Under the pieces are notes generated by a model. That model was given only the letters and a program-made list of their open reading frames with translations. It did not search any database and was not told the DNA's origin. A stretch of DNA of 64,000 nucleotides from Chloroflexota bacterium (GTDB taxonomy: Bacteria > Chloroflexota > UBA11872 > UBA12225 > JAJDUF01): the NCBI GenBank assembly GCA_034422515.1, contig DAOUJP010000020.1, forward strand, positions 65,590 through 129,589. The letters run 5' to 3'. This document shows, one piece after another, positions 37,053 to 46,457 of the stretch. Made by a program: the position numbers and the translations under genes. How positions within the stretch are numbered: position 1 is the stretch's first letter; every line of letters begins with the position of its first letter.

Positions 37053-37816
37053 GCTGCACCTCCTATGTATTGCTCTGCCGTAGGCATCGAAACCTCCTCA
37101 TCGCTGTGGTCAGGGCAGTGCGTCGCGACCGACGGCACTGGGGCCAGGCTGTCCGGGCATGACCTCCTTTCGGGTGGTCCGTGTGGGCAGCGGGCGCACG
37201 GGGACTGCTGACGGGAGCGGCTGGTGCGGGACGCGCGCTACCCCCGGTCGGATGCCTTGCCGTGGGACGCGGTGCGAGGGGGAACCCCGGCCAACGCACG
37301 AGCGGGGTGGCTGCCGTGCGACCAAGGTCTGTGGTGGGGGAATGGAGACGGCGTGCCACGATGCGGGACCGCGCTGGGAGCACGCTGGGAGAGCGACACC
37401 GAGCGGCGCAGTGCGCGCAACGACCAGCAGGTGCTGGTGTCGCTGCCGCGTTGACGAGCGGGCGGCGGGCGGCGGCGGCAACGGGTGGTCAGCGCGCGGG
37501 ACGCCCGCCAACCGTGGTGTCCCAGGAGCGCCGTGCCGGTTGCACGTCACCCGCTGGACTGGGCTGCTGGCGATGGGATTCCTCCCTGCGTCACAGCAGC
37601 GGTGCCCTCATGGGGACCGTCGGGAGAGCAAGGCTCGATCCCGTGCGGTCTCGCCCGGGTCTAGGGCTGGACCCCCAGGTTTCTAAGGCGGGAAATCCTG
37701 GCAAAGCCTGACAATACGCTCAGTATTCCGGCTCCGGCCCACCGGTGACAAGGGGTTGTGGCCTCCCCGCGCCAAGTGCTTGCCCGCCTGGTGCTCCCAG
37801 GCGGCTGTCATGCGGC

Positions 37817-38629
37817 TCACCCCAAGCCCAGCGTGAGCACCCGGCGCAGGCGGCGTCGCCACGCCGCCCGGCGGCGCTCGCCGCGCACCCGCGCCAAAGT
37901 CCGCTGGCGCCAGGCCACCTCGTGCCGCCGGGTGAGGGCATCCCAGGGATACGTCGCCGGCGGCAGCGTCAGGCGGTGGGTTTCGATCAGGGCCAACTCC
38001 AACTCCCGCAGCCGCGCCTCCGCGCGCACGGCGCTCAGGTGGTCGGCCGCCCCGGCCCGCGCCTCCCGTGCCTGCCGCCACGCGATGATGAGTGGGGCCG
38101 CTGCGCCAAATGCCGCCGCTTCCCCCGGCACGGCGTCGGCAGTGACGACTGGGGGAGCGACCTGCTGGGCATCCCTCGTTGTCCGCCCCAGCGGTGTCGC
38201 CCCGCCCCCGGCGCCCTGGCAGGACTCCAGCGCCGCTAACCGTTGCTCCAGGGCCTGGGTGCGCTGCGCGGCTGCGTCCCGCAGTTGTTGGCCCTGCGCG
38301 CTGATGGCCGCCAGCAGCTCCTCCCGTTGGCGCCGCAGCGCCGCCTCTAGGTGCTGCTCCCACTGGCGACGGGCCTCCGCCACGCTTTCGGTCGGAGCGT
38401 CGGTGACCTTCCCCGCCAGCAGGTGCCGCTCCAGGGCGTCCTGCATCCGCCGCGACAACCGGCCGCTGTTCACCGCTGCGGCCACCGTCTTGCGGTGGAC
38501 CCCCAACACGGCGGCGGCTCCCGTCCGCCCCTCTTGCCGCACCAGGTCGTGCAGCAGCACCAGCAGCCGCAGTTCCTGCACGCTCTCCAGACTGGGGGTC
38601 TGCGTCTCCATGCTGCGCTCCTCGCTCAT
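37817..38629 (-). CDS. HTH-domain regulatory protein with a C-terminal coiled coil
   Basis: HTH (GRTGAAAVLGVHRKTVAAAVN) followed by heptad-rich QxxLxALE repeats. Preferred over the overlapping Gly/Ala/Arg-rich 375-aa ORF. Confidence 0.4.
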   Translation of the reverse strand: MSEERSMETQTPSLESVQELRLLVLLHDLVRQEGRTGAAAVLGVHRKTVAAAVNSGRLSRRMQDALERHLLAGKVTDAPTESVAEARRQWEQHLEAALRRQREELLAAISAQGQQLRDAAAQRTQALEQRLAALESCQGAGGGATPLGRTTRDAQQVAPPVVTADAVPGEAAAFGAAAPLIIAWRQAREARAGAADHLSAVRAEARLRELELALIETHRLTLPPATYPWDALTRRHEVAWRQRTLARVRGERRRAAWRRRLRRVLTLGLG

Positions 38630-39025
38630 CTACGCACCGGCCGCGATCCTGTAGGGCCGCGCTTCCCTGGGGCACTTGGCCACCATACTCCGGCTGCGAC
38701 ATGGCCACCGTTGGCCGGTCCCAGGGAAGCACGTGGCGCCTGCCTTGGAACCAGCCCTCGCACCCAGGTGCTTGCTGGAATGGAGCCATCCCACCTGCCG
38801 GTGCGCCCATTTTCTATCTGGTAGCGGGGGGCTCTGACCCACCACGCGGCCAAGCGGTCCCCAGTACGGATTCCTGTACACGTCCATTACAGCGGTAATA
38901 CCCCCGCGCTGACCAGGCCTTTTAAGGGGGGCCGCGCGTGCCCTCCCTCACAAGGCATTCCGCCGGGCACGCTCGGTCGGCATCCTAGTGAGCGGGCACC
39001 GGGCAGCCGGCCGGCCGGTGCTGCC

Positions 39026-39054
39026 TTGACTATACGGCGGAGATGAGGCATAGT
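39026..39054 (+). promoter_or_regulatory. Candidate promoter for the RHH-integrase operon (TTGACT-17 nt-CATAGT, alternative -10 TAGTTA)
   Basis: Within a 455-bp divergent intergenic region. AGGAG RBS at ~39075 before the ATG at 39086. Confidence 0.3.
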
Positions 39055-39085
39055 TATGTAAGACTAAGTCGCATTAGGAGCGGCC

Positions 39086-39310
39086 ATGAAACGGACGACA
39101 AAGACCATCACCTTCTCGCTACCCCCGGCGATGGCGGCCCAGGTGCGGGCCGTGATGCGGGCGGAAGGCCGCACCATGAGCGACCTGGTGCGCGAAGCCC
39201 TGCGTCTCTACATGGAGGAGCGGGAATGGCGCCAGACCGTCCGCTACGAGCGGCTCCAAGCCCGTCGCGCCGCCGAGCAAGCTGACCCAGGAGGCAACCC
39301 CGATGCGTAA
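39086..39310 (+). CDS. Ribbon-helix-helix (CopG/ParD-like) DNA-binding protein
   Basis: 74 aa; KTITFSLPPAMAAQVRAVMRAEGRTMSDLVREALRLYMEE is a canonical RHH. Its stop overlaps the integrase start. Confidence 0.6.
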   Translation: MKRTTKTITFSLPPAMAAQVRAVMRAEGRTMSDLVREALRLYMEEREWRQTVRYERLQARRAAEQADPGGNPDA

Positions 39311-40889
39311 CCAACCGGACCCCACCCCGGCGGCCCTGTATGCCCGCGTGTCCAGCGACCGCCAGGACGTGGACCTCTCCGTGGCGGCCCAACTGCGGGC
39401 CCTGCGGAACTACGCTGCCCAGCATGGCTATGTCGTGGTCCGCGAATACGTGGACGAAGCGGAGAGCGGGCGCGTCGCCGACCGGCCGGAGTTCCGCAAG
39501 CTGCTCGAGGCTGGTGGCCGTCCCCAAGCGCCCTTCCAGGTCATTCTCGTCTGGAAGTTCTCCCGTTTCACCCGCAAGCGTGAGCATGCGGTCGCTTTCA
39601 AGGCCATGCTGCGGCACCGGGGCATCAAGGTGGTCTCCATCACGGAGCACGCCGACGACTCGCCCACCGGGCGGCTGATGGAAGCCATCATCGAGAGCGT
39701 GGACGAGTTCTACTCCGAGAACCTGGCCCAGGAGGTCACGCGCGGGATGCGCGAGGCCGCGGCCCGGGGGTATTTCCTGGGGCCGCGGCCGCCGTTCGGC
39801 TATCGGCGGGTCAAGGTCCGCGACGGGGCGAAGGAACGGCCGACCTTGGTGGTGGACCCGGCCACTGCGCCAGTGGTGCGGGAGCTGTATGCGCAGTCGT
39901 TGCGCGGCCACGGCTTGAAGGAGCTGTGCCGGGACTTGAACGACCGCGGCATCACTAATCGCGGGAAGCGCTGGCGGCGGAATGCGCTGCACTACCTGCT
40001 GACCAACGAAGCCTATACCGGCACCGCCGTCTGGGGGCGGACCACCAAGGGCACCCAGGCGCCGGACCCGGTGCGGGTCCCGGACGCCTGGCCGGCGCTG
40101 GTGACGCGGCAGCTGTTCGAGCAGGTGCAGCAGGCGTTGAAGGAGCGCGCGCCGGCGATGCAGCGGCCCGGCCGGGTGGGCAGCACGTTCCTGTTGAGCG
40201 GGCTGCTGCGCTGCGGGGTGTGTGGCAAGGCTTACGTCGGCCAGGGGGCGAAGAGCGGCCGGTTCGCCTACTATGTCTGTGGCACGTTGCAGCGGGAGGG
40301 TGCCGGCACTTGCACCGCCCGCTACCTGAACGCGCCGAAGGTCGAGGCCTTCGTGGTAGACACGATCAAGGGGCGCATCCTGAACGACGCGACGATCACC
40401 GAGTTGGTGCTGCTGGTGGCGGAGGAGATTGACGCGGTGGCCGGCGAGGTGGCCGGCCGGCTGGAGACGATTGCAGCGGAACTAGCAGACGTCAGCAGCC
40501 GGCTGGAGCGGCTCTACGAGGCCTTGGAGACCAGTGCGTTGACCCTGGAAGCGCTGTCGCCGCGCATCCTGGCGCTGCGGCACCGGCAGGATCAGTTGGG
40601 CGCGGCGCGGGAGGCGGCCGAGCACCAGTTGGCCCAGCGGAAGGTGGAGCTGCCCGGCACGACGGAGATCAAGGGATACGTGGCGGACTTCCGGGCGTTG
40701 TTGCAGCGGGGCACGTTCCCGGAGCGGAAGGCGCTGCTGCGCAACTTCGTGCAGGGGATCGAGGTGGTGGACGACGCGGCGACGCTGACGTACACGGTGC
40801 CCATGCCGGCGGACGGCATGACCAGGGAGGGGGTGCCGGTTCTTGATTTTGTCCAGTCCGGCCTATCGCTACGGGACCGGAGCACATGA
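39303..40889 (+). CDS. Large serine recombinase (integrase)
   Basis: N-terminal resolvase catalytic domain (ALYARVSSDRQDVDLSVAAQ... with the nucleophilic Ser), a recombinase domain, a Cys-rich zinc ribbon (CGVCGK...YVCG) and a C-terminal coiled coil, 528 aa. Confidence 0.8.
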   Translation: MRNQPDPTPAALYARVSSDRQDVDLSVAAQLRALRNYAAQHGYVVVREYVDEAESGRVADRPEFRKLLEAGGRPQAPFQVILVWKFSRFTRKREHAVAFKAMLRHRGIKVVSITEHADDSPTGRLMEAIIESVDEFYSENLAQEVTRGMREAAARGYFLGPRPPFGYRRVKVRDGAKERPTLVVDPATAPVVRELYAQSLRGHGLKELCRDLNDRGITNRGKRWRRNALHYLLTNEAYTGTAVWGRTTKGTQAPDPVRVPDAWPALVTRQLFEQVQQALKERAPAMQRPGRVGSTFLLSGLLRCGVCGKAYVGQGAKSGRFAYYVCGTLQREGAGTCTARYLNAPKVEAFVVDTIKGRILNDATITELVLLVAEEIDAVAGEVAGRLETIAAELADVSSRLERLYEALETSALTLEALSPRILALRHRQDQLGAAREAAEHQLAQRKVELPGTTEIKGYVADFRALLQRGTFPERKALLRNFVQGIEVVDDAATLTYTVPMPADGMTREGVPVLDFVQSGLSLRDRST

Positions 40890-40951
40890 GTAGAAAAAGT
40901 GCTCCGGCATGTTATATGTGCCATCAAGCGGCCTGCCCTGAACATCCGTGA

Positions 40952-41080
40952 GGTTCTGAGACCTCAGCTCAATATCTGTCCGGAGCCGAGCAAGTAGGCG
41001 CGACGTTCATCACTGCCGATAGACGCCTTTACCAGCGCATTGAGCAACTGACCTATGTGCGCTGGCTGGGCGAAGTGTGA
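40952..41080 (+). pseudogene. 3'-terminal remnant (43 codons) of a PIN-domain (VapC-like) gene at the element junction
   Basis: In-frame GSETSAQYLSGAEQVGATFITADRRLYQRIEQLTYVRWLGEV* resembles a PIN C-terminus (xTLITADrrL). It has no start codon and an upstream in-frame stop at 40949, and begins 62 nt after the integrase stop. Confidence 0.4.
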
Positions 41081-41107
41081 CTTGCCGGCGGCGCCCGGCA
41101 AGCTGAC

Positions 41108-43930
41108 ATGAAGCGGCTTATCACGTATGCTATCGGCCAGAAAGTGCAGACAAGGCGTGCGATGAACGTGAATGTCACTGTTGATGGTCGGCAGGTCGCG
41201 GTGGCAGAGACGGCCACCGTCCTCGACGCGGTGTGCGCGGCCGGCATCGAAATACCGCATCTCTGCAAAGATGCCGACCAGCCGCCTATCGGCGCGTGCC
41301 GGACCTGCTTAGTCGAGGTGGAGGGCGGACGCGGCTTTCCGGCCTCGTGCCATACACCAGTGCTTGACGAGATGATTGTCCGCACACGCGGCGCGGCGCT
41401 CGAACGCATCCGCAACGGTGTCCTGGCGCTTACGCGGGCGATGCAGCCGGCAGATGTGGCTGCGCCGGCCGGCGGAGTGGGGAAGGAATTCGGCGATACA
41501 CTTGATCTCTTCCGGCTGGCCGAGCCGCTCGACGGCCTGACGCCCAAGCCCCGGCCGGACGTGGACGACAGCAACCCCATCTTCCAGTTGAACCACGAAG
41601 CCTGCATCATGTGCGGGCGCTGCACCACGGCCTGCGAGGATATTCAGCACATCGGCGCTATCTCCATCGCCGGCACGGCCGAGCAGACTCACATTGCCCC
41701 TTTCATGGATCAAGAACTGATTGAATCGATCTGCACGACGTGCGGTCAGTGCGTCTCGGTCTGTCCCACCGGGGCGCTCCACCCCAAGCCTGTGCTGGGC
41801 CACGATCCGGTAGTGGCCCGCGAGGTCAAGAGCGTGTGCGCCTACTGCGGCGTCGGGTGCGGTATCACGATGCAGGTGGACGAGCATGACCGCCTCATCA
41901 ATGTGCTCGACGATCCCGCCAACCGGTCCAGCCAGGGGATGCTGTGTGTGAAAGGGCGTTTCGGTCTCACCTTCATCCAACACGAGGACCGCCTGACCAC
42001 GCCGCTGATCCGCAAGAACGGTGTACTCACCGAGGCGTCCTGGGATGAGGCACTGGACTTGGTAGCGGAGAAATTTGCCGAGTACCGCGGCTCGTTCGGA
42101 TCGCTGGCCTCGGCCAAGGCCACCAACGAAGACGGCTACGTGCAGCAGAAGCTCGTTCGCCTCCTGATGGGCACCAATAACATTGACCACTGCACGCGGC
42201 TCTGCCACTCCCCCTCGGTCGAGGCGATGATCGCGCAGCTCGGCAGCGGGGCAACGAGCAATTCTTATGCCGACTACCGCAACGCCGGCTGCCTGATGGT
42301 CGTCGGCAGTGATACCGGTTCCAACCATCCGGTGATTGCCTCGCAGCTCCGCCAGGCCATTGACGAGCGCGGCGCCAAGTTGATTGTGATCAATCCGAAG
42401 CGCATTGAACTCTGTAACTACACCGACCTCTGGCTGCGGCCCAACCCCGGCACCGACGTGGCGCTATTCAACGGCCTCGCGCGCGCGGTGCTCGACGCGG
42501 GACTGGCCGACGAGGAGTTCATCCGCGAGCGGACGGAGGGTTTCGCGGCGCTGGAAGCGACCTTAGCGGACTACAGTCCCGCGGTGGTCGAGCAGATTAC
42601 CGGTGTTCCCGCCGCGGACATCCGCCGCGCGGCGGCATTGTTCGCGCAACCGCCGTTTGGCGGCTCCTGCCTGATCTGGGGCATGGGCATCACCCAGCAT
42701 ACGAATGGCACCGACAATGCCTCGGCGTTGCTCAACCTGGCCCTCGTCACCGGCCAGATCGGGAAGCCGGCCACCGGCGTCTCGCCGCTCCGCGGTCAGA
42801 ACAACGTCCAGGGCTGCGGCGACGCGGGCTGCATTCCCGATAAGCTGCCCGGCTATCAGAACCTGACCGCCGACACGCGGGAGCCATTCGAGCGGCGCTG
42901 GGCAGGGCCGCTGCCCAGCGAGGAAGGTCTCGTCGTCACCGACATGATGGCGGCCGCAGCGCAGGGTGCCCTCGCCTGTATGTACATCACCGGCGAGAAC
43001 CCGTTACTCAGCGAGCCGTACCTGGCACACGCGCAGCAGGCACTGTCGAACCTGAAATTTCTCGTGGTGCAGGACATCTTTCCCCACGAGACCTCCGAGT
43101 TGGCCGACGTGGTGCTCCCGGCCACTTCCTTTGCCGAGAAAGAAGGCACGTTTACCAACAGCGAACGACGGGTACAGCGGGTACGGCCAGCCATTTCGCC
43201 CGTCGGCGAGAGCCGGTCCGACTGGTGGATCGTCTGCGAGATCGGCAAACGACTGGCGCGGCGGCTGGGCAGGGATCCGGGGCAGTTCGAGTACACCGGT
43301 CCGGCAGCCATCTTCGACGAACTGGCTGCGCTCACCCCGTTCATGGGCGGTTTGTCACATGAGCGGTTGGACCGCGAGGGCGGTATCCAATGGCCCTGCC
43401 CAACACCGGATCATCCCGGCACGCCGCAGCTTTACACGGACTCCTTCCCGGTAGGCAAAGCCAAGTTCGTGCCCGTGATCCAAGGCCCGCCGGCGGCCGA
43501 GCTACCCTCGCGGCGGTTTCCGCTCATCCTCAACACCGGGCGCGTTCTTTACCACTGGCACGGTGGGACCATCACTCGCCGGGCCGAGGGACTACTAGCG
43601 CGGGCGCCCTACCTGGAGGTCGCCATCAATCCCGATGATGCCCAAGCCGCCGGCCTGAGCGACGGCGATGACGTGCGCGTCGTCTCGCGGCGCGGCGAGC
43701 TAGACGGCAAGGCGCTGGTCAGCGAGACCGTGCAGCGCGGTGAGGTCTTTGTTCCATTTGTCAAGCTGCAAGAATCGGCGGCCAACTTCCTCACCAACGC
43801 CGTTTTCGATCCGAAGTCGAAGATTCCCGAATACAAGGTCTGCGCCGTGCGGCTCGAAAACCCCGCGGCCCCCGCGCGCTGGCGTCGCGGCCGCCGGCGC
43901 ATGGGCCTGCCGGTCGGCACGCGCCGATAA
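41108..43930 (+). CDS. Formate dehydrogenase alpha subunit / molybdopterin oxidoreductase with N-terminal 2Fe-2S and 4Fe-4S domains (FdhA/FdsA-like)
   Basis: 2Fe-2S ferredoxin (CRTCLVEV), 4Fe-4S (CIMCGRCTTAC; CTTCGQCVSVCP) and MopB (CAYCGVGCG) domains. The start may be at 41162 (MNVNV). Confidence 0.75.
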   Translation: MKRLITYAIGQKVQTRRAMNVNVTVDGRQVAVAETATVLDAVCAAGIEIPHLCKDADQPPIGACRTCLVEVEGGRGFPASCHTPVLDEMIVRTRGAALERIRNGVLALTRAMQPADVAAPAGGVGKEFGDTLDLFRLAEPLDGLTPKPRPDVDDSNPIFQLNHEACIMCGRCTTACEDIQHIGAISIAGTAEQTHIAPFMDQELIESICTTCGQCVSVCPTGALHPKPVLGHDPVVAREVKSVCAYCGVGCGITMQVDEHDRLINVLDDPANRSSQGMLCVKGRFGLTFIQHEDRLTTPLIRKNGVLTEASWDEALDLVAEKFAEYRGSFGSLASAKATNEDGYVQQKLVRLLMGTNNIDHCTRLCHSPSVEAMIAQLGSGATSNSYADYRNAGCLMVVGSDTGSNHPVIASQLRQAIDERGAKLIVINPKRIELCNYTDLWLRPNPGTDVALFNGLARAVLDAGLADEEFIRERTEGFAALEATLADYSPAVVEQITGVPAADIRRAAALFAQPPFGGSCLIWGMGITQHTNGTDNASALLNLALVTGQIGKPATGVSPLRGQNNVQGCGDAGCIPDKLPGYQNLTADTREPFERRWAGPLPSEEGLVVTDMMAAAAQGALACMYITGENPLLSEPYLAHAQQALSNLKFLVVQDIFPHETSELADVVLPATSFAEKEGTFTNSERRVQRVRPAISPVGESRSDWWIVCEIGKRLARRLGRDPGQFEYTGPAAIFDELAALTPFMGGLSHERLDREGGIQWPCPTPDHPGTPQLYTDSFPVGKAKFVPVIQGPPAAELPSRRFPLILNTGRVLYHWHGGTITRRAEGLLARAPYLEVAINPDDAQAAGLSDGDDVRVVSRRGELDGKALVSETVQRGEVFVPFVKLQESAANFLTNAVFDPKSKIPEYKVCAVRLENPAAPARWRRGRRRMGLPVGTRR

Positions 43931-43942
43931 GCGCCCGCACAC

Positions 43943-45580
43943 CTATACGGCGCCGGGTTCCTGCGGGAGACGGAGCGTGAACCGGGCGCCGCGGTGAGTA
44001 TTCTCGGCGCCGACGGTGCCCCCGTGGGCCGCGGCGATGGCCTGCACAATCGCCAGCCCCAAGCCGTTGCCCGGCTGTGCAGTGGCGTTACGGCCGCGGT
44101 AGAAGCGGCCGAACAGGTGGGATAGGTCAGTCTCCAGAATGCCACTGCCGTCGTCGGTGACGACGCACGTTACCCATGCCGCATCCTGTTGCAGCGCGAC
44201 CTGCACTGACCCGCCGGCCGGGGTGAACTTGATCGCGTTATCCAGCAGGTTGCCCACCGCTTGCCGGAGCTGCCCGGCCTCGCCGCGCAGCACTACCGGC
44301 TGCGGTGGCACCGCCAGCGCAAAGTCGAGGCCGGCTTGCTCCGCTTGCGAGGCGTACAACTCGGCCACCTCGCGGAGCAGGGCGACCGCGTCAACCGATT
44401 CATGTGCCCCGTTGGTAGCGCCAGCCTCGATACTGGAGAGGTCCAGGAGGCCGCTTGTCAAGGTCTCCAGGCGGCTGACCTGCGACTGCGCGCGTGCCGT
44501 CAGCGTCGCTCGACGTTGCCGGGTTGCTTCCTGCCCCAACAGTTCAAGGTTGGTCTGGAGCGCGGTCAACGGCGTGTGTAGCTCATGGGCAGCATCGGCA
44601 ACAAAGCGACGCAGGGTCAGGACCGTGCTTTCGACGCGCTGGGCCATCTCGTTGAACGCGGCGGCCAACTGCCCGACCTCATCCCGACGGCGCACGTCGG
44701 CGCGCGTGCCGAGATCACCGCGCGCCATCCGCTGTGTGACCCGTGTGAGATCGAGCAGTGGTCCTGTGAGGCGGCGACTAATGAGCCAGCCGACGACCGC
44801 GGCCAGCATCACCGCTATGGCGCTGGCTACCGCCCAGACCCAGGCAACACCGGTGAGGACTTCACGGCCAATATCCGGCCCCTCCGATAGCTCAAGAAAG
44901 CCGCGTAGCTCCCCTTGGGCATCGTAGATGGGCTGCCGGAGCACCACATTGGAACGTGTGGCCCCCAACGGCGTGTCCGGCATGAAGCCGAAGCCGAGGC
45001 GGGTCGCAAGACTGGCGCCGGCATCCAACAGGCCCGGCTCCAGCACTTGGGCGCCGCCGCGCACCACTGCCGCGCGAGATTCGGCATCTACGCCGATCAC
45101 GATGACCTGCCGCGCGATCCGTACCTCTTCTCGCACGGTGGCTACTCCGGCGCCGGCAATGGCAATCTCCGTGCGGAACGTGCCCTGCTGATCGGTAGCT
45201 GCCGCCGCCTGAGTAAAGACCTCCGACAGCCCACCGGACACAAACGTCAGGGAGACGTTCGCCAACGCCCGTACCGCGTCCGGCGCCCCGGAGTCGCCCA
45301 GCACCTCGCTTTCACGGTTCAGCAGCCGCACCCTGGTCTGCGACAAGAAGGACAAGCTCTTGAGCCGACTGTCCAGCGCCGCGGCCGATGGCGCTGATGC
45401 CAGTAGGAGGGGTACGTAGTCGTGCATCGCCTGGGCGTTGGCAACGAGATAGCTCACCTCCTGGCGGCGGTACGTGTCCCGCAGGATGGCCAGGAGCACA
45501 CCGCCAAGCGCCAACGCGGTGAGCAGGGCGATGGCGGCATAGGTGAGCGGCAAGCGCCAGCGGATGGAACTGGGTATCAT
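43943..45580 (-). CDS. Sensor histidine kinase (TM-HAMP-HisKA-HATPase)
   Basis: H-box RFVADAAHELHTPLTAL and N/G boxes (LDNAIKF, DDGSGI, GNGLGLAIV). The Met at 45580 (MIPSSIRW) is chosen because the upstream part of the track ORF translates a REP element. Confidence 0.7.
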   Translation of the reverse strand: MIPSSIRWRLPLTYAAIALLTALALGGVLLAILRDTYRRQEVSYLVANAQAMHDYVPLLLASAPSAAALDSRLKSLSFLSQTRVRLLNRESEVLGDSGAPDAVRALANVSLTFVSGGLSEVFTQAAAATDQQGTFRTEIAIAGAGVATVREEVRIARQVIVIGVDAESRAAVVRGGAQVLEPGLLDAGASLATRLGFGFMPDTPLGATRSNVVLRQPIYDAQGELRGFLELSEGPDIGREVLTGVAWVWAVASAIAVMLAAVVGWLISRRLTGPLLDLTRVTQRMARGDLGTRADVRRRDEVGQLAAAFNEMAQRVESTVLTLRRFVADAAHELHTPLTALQTNLELLGQEATRQRRATLTARAQSQVSRLETLTSGLLDLSSIEAGATNGAHESVDAVALLREVAELYASQAEQAGLDFALAVPPQPVVLRGEAGQLRQAVGNLLDNAIKFTPAGGSVQVALQQDAAWVTCVVTDDGSGILETDLSHLFGRFYRGRNATAQPGNGLGLAIVQAIAAAHGGTVGAENTHRGARFTLRLPQEPGAV

Positions 45581-45653
45581 GGCGTTTTCCTTTAGCTTCC
45601 TCCGGGCACGAGTAGGTCTGCGTGATGCGGGCCTCGCCTGGCCCCCCACCCTG

Positions 45654-45700
45654 ACCCTCCCCCGCAGTGGCGGGAGGGGCCATAGGGGGGGCGGCCCTCG
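45654..45700. repeat. REP-like palindromic element, inverted copy (CCCTCCCCCGCAGTGGCGGGAGGGGCCATAGGGGGGGCGGCCC)
   Basis: Same CCCTCCCCCG/CGGGGGAGGG hairpin and CCATAGGGGG unit as the copies at 4.5 and 6.4 kb. Lies between the RR stop and the HK start. Confidence 0.7.
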
Positions 45701-45721
45701 TCCCACTGCGCTGCCAATGGA

Positions 45722-46420
45722 CTAGCCAACCAGCCGGTAGCCGGTGCCGGGAACGGTGCGGATGAGTGCCGGGTGGCTGGGATCATGCTCGACCTTCTCC
45801 CGCAACCGGCGCACGTGGACGTTGACGGTGCGCTGGCTCTCGACCTCGGCACCGTACCCCCAGACCGCATCCAAGATTTGAGCGCGACTGAGTGCCTGGC
45901 CGGGGTGCTGCGCCAGATAGACCAACAGCCGGAACTCGGTGGGCGTCAGGTTGACCAAGTGCTGCCCACGCCACACCTGCGCTCGACTGCGATCAATCAC
46001 GAGATCACCGGCGTAGAGCACCTCGGCACCGGCGACGGATAGCTCGCCATAGGCACGGCGCAGCAGTGCCCGGACCCGCGAAAGCAACTCGCTCAGGCTG
46101 TACGGTTTCGTGACATAGTCATCGGCGCCCATCTCCAGGCCGAGCACCTTTGCCGTCTCGTCCCGCCGGACGGTTAGCATCAGAATCGGCTGGCGCAGCT
46201 TCAGCTCGCGGAGCTGCCGGCAGAAGTCGAACCCCGAACCGTCGGGCAAACGCACGTCGAGGATGATGAGCTGCACCCGGCCGCTTTGCGCGTAGGCGAC
46301 ACCCTCGGTCCCGGAGGAGCGCCAGACGACCTCGTAGCCTTCCTGCTCCAGTCCGTCTTGCAAGCTCGTCGCTACCGCCGGGTCGTCTTCGATCACGAGA
46401 ATGCGCGTGGATTGATTCAT
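45722..46420 (-). CDS. OmpR-family response regulator
   Basis: REC domain (ILVIEDDPAV...ILDVRLPDGSG...TKPY) and a winged-helix output domain (NLTPTEFRLLVYL...VHVRRLREKV). The track ORF 45722..46900 over-extends upstream. Confidence 0.75.
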   Translation of the reverse strand: MNQSTRILVIEDDPAVATSLQDGLEQEGYEVVWRSSGTEGVAYAQSGRVQLIILDVRLPDGSGFDFCRQLRELKLRQPILMLTVRRDETAKVLGLEMGADDYVTKPYSLSELLSRVRALLRRAYGELSVAGAEVLYAGDLVIDRSRAQVWRGQHLVNLTPTEFRLLVYLAQHPGQALSRAQILDAVWGYGAEVESQRTVNVHVRRLREKVEHDPSHPALIRTVPGTGYRLVG

Positions 46421-46457
46421 GGCTGCACATGTGCGGGCTGCCCGCACCGACTGTGAC

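Larger units (their letters stand above)
8030..40950. mobile_element. Putative integrative element / defence island (~33 kb) mobilised by a large serine recombinase; boundaries approximate
   Basis: It has a serine integrase with an RHH partner at one end, next to a 3' PIN-gene remnant (40952-41080). It also carries a phage-like primase/Rad52/RadC/MTase/helicase module and modestly lower GC, with AT-rich patches at 8.0-8.8 kb, 16.7-17.1 kb and 22.3-23.2 kb. No copy of the host REP family was seen between 8.0 and 41.0 kb, although at least five copies flank it. It is flanked by core metabolic genes. Confidence 0.55.

Noticed and set aside
37683-38810. 375-aa minus-strand ORF (Gly/Ala/Arg-rich)
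   Set aside because: Extreme low complexity. The overlapping 270-aa frame (37817-38629) contains an HTH and a coiled coil and is preferred.
39108-39992. 294-aa minus-strand ORF antisense to the RHH and serine recombinase genes
   Set aside because: Antisense to a textbook large serine recombinase; product is low-complexity.
41309-42328. 339-aa minus-strand ORF antisense to formate dehydrogenase alpha
   Set aside because: The plus strand encodes conserved Fe-S and molybdopterin-binding cysteine motifs; the minus-strand ORF is a shadow.
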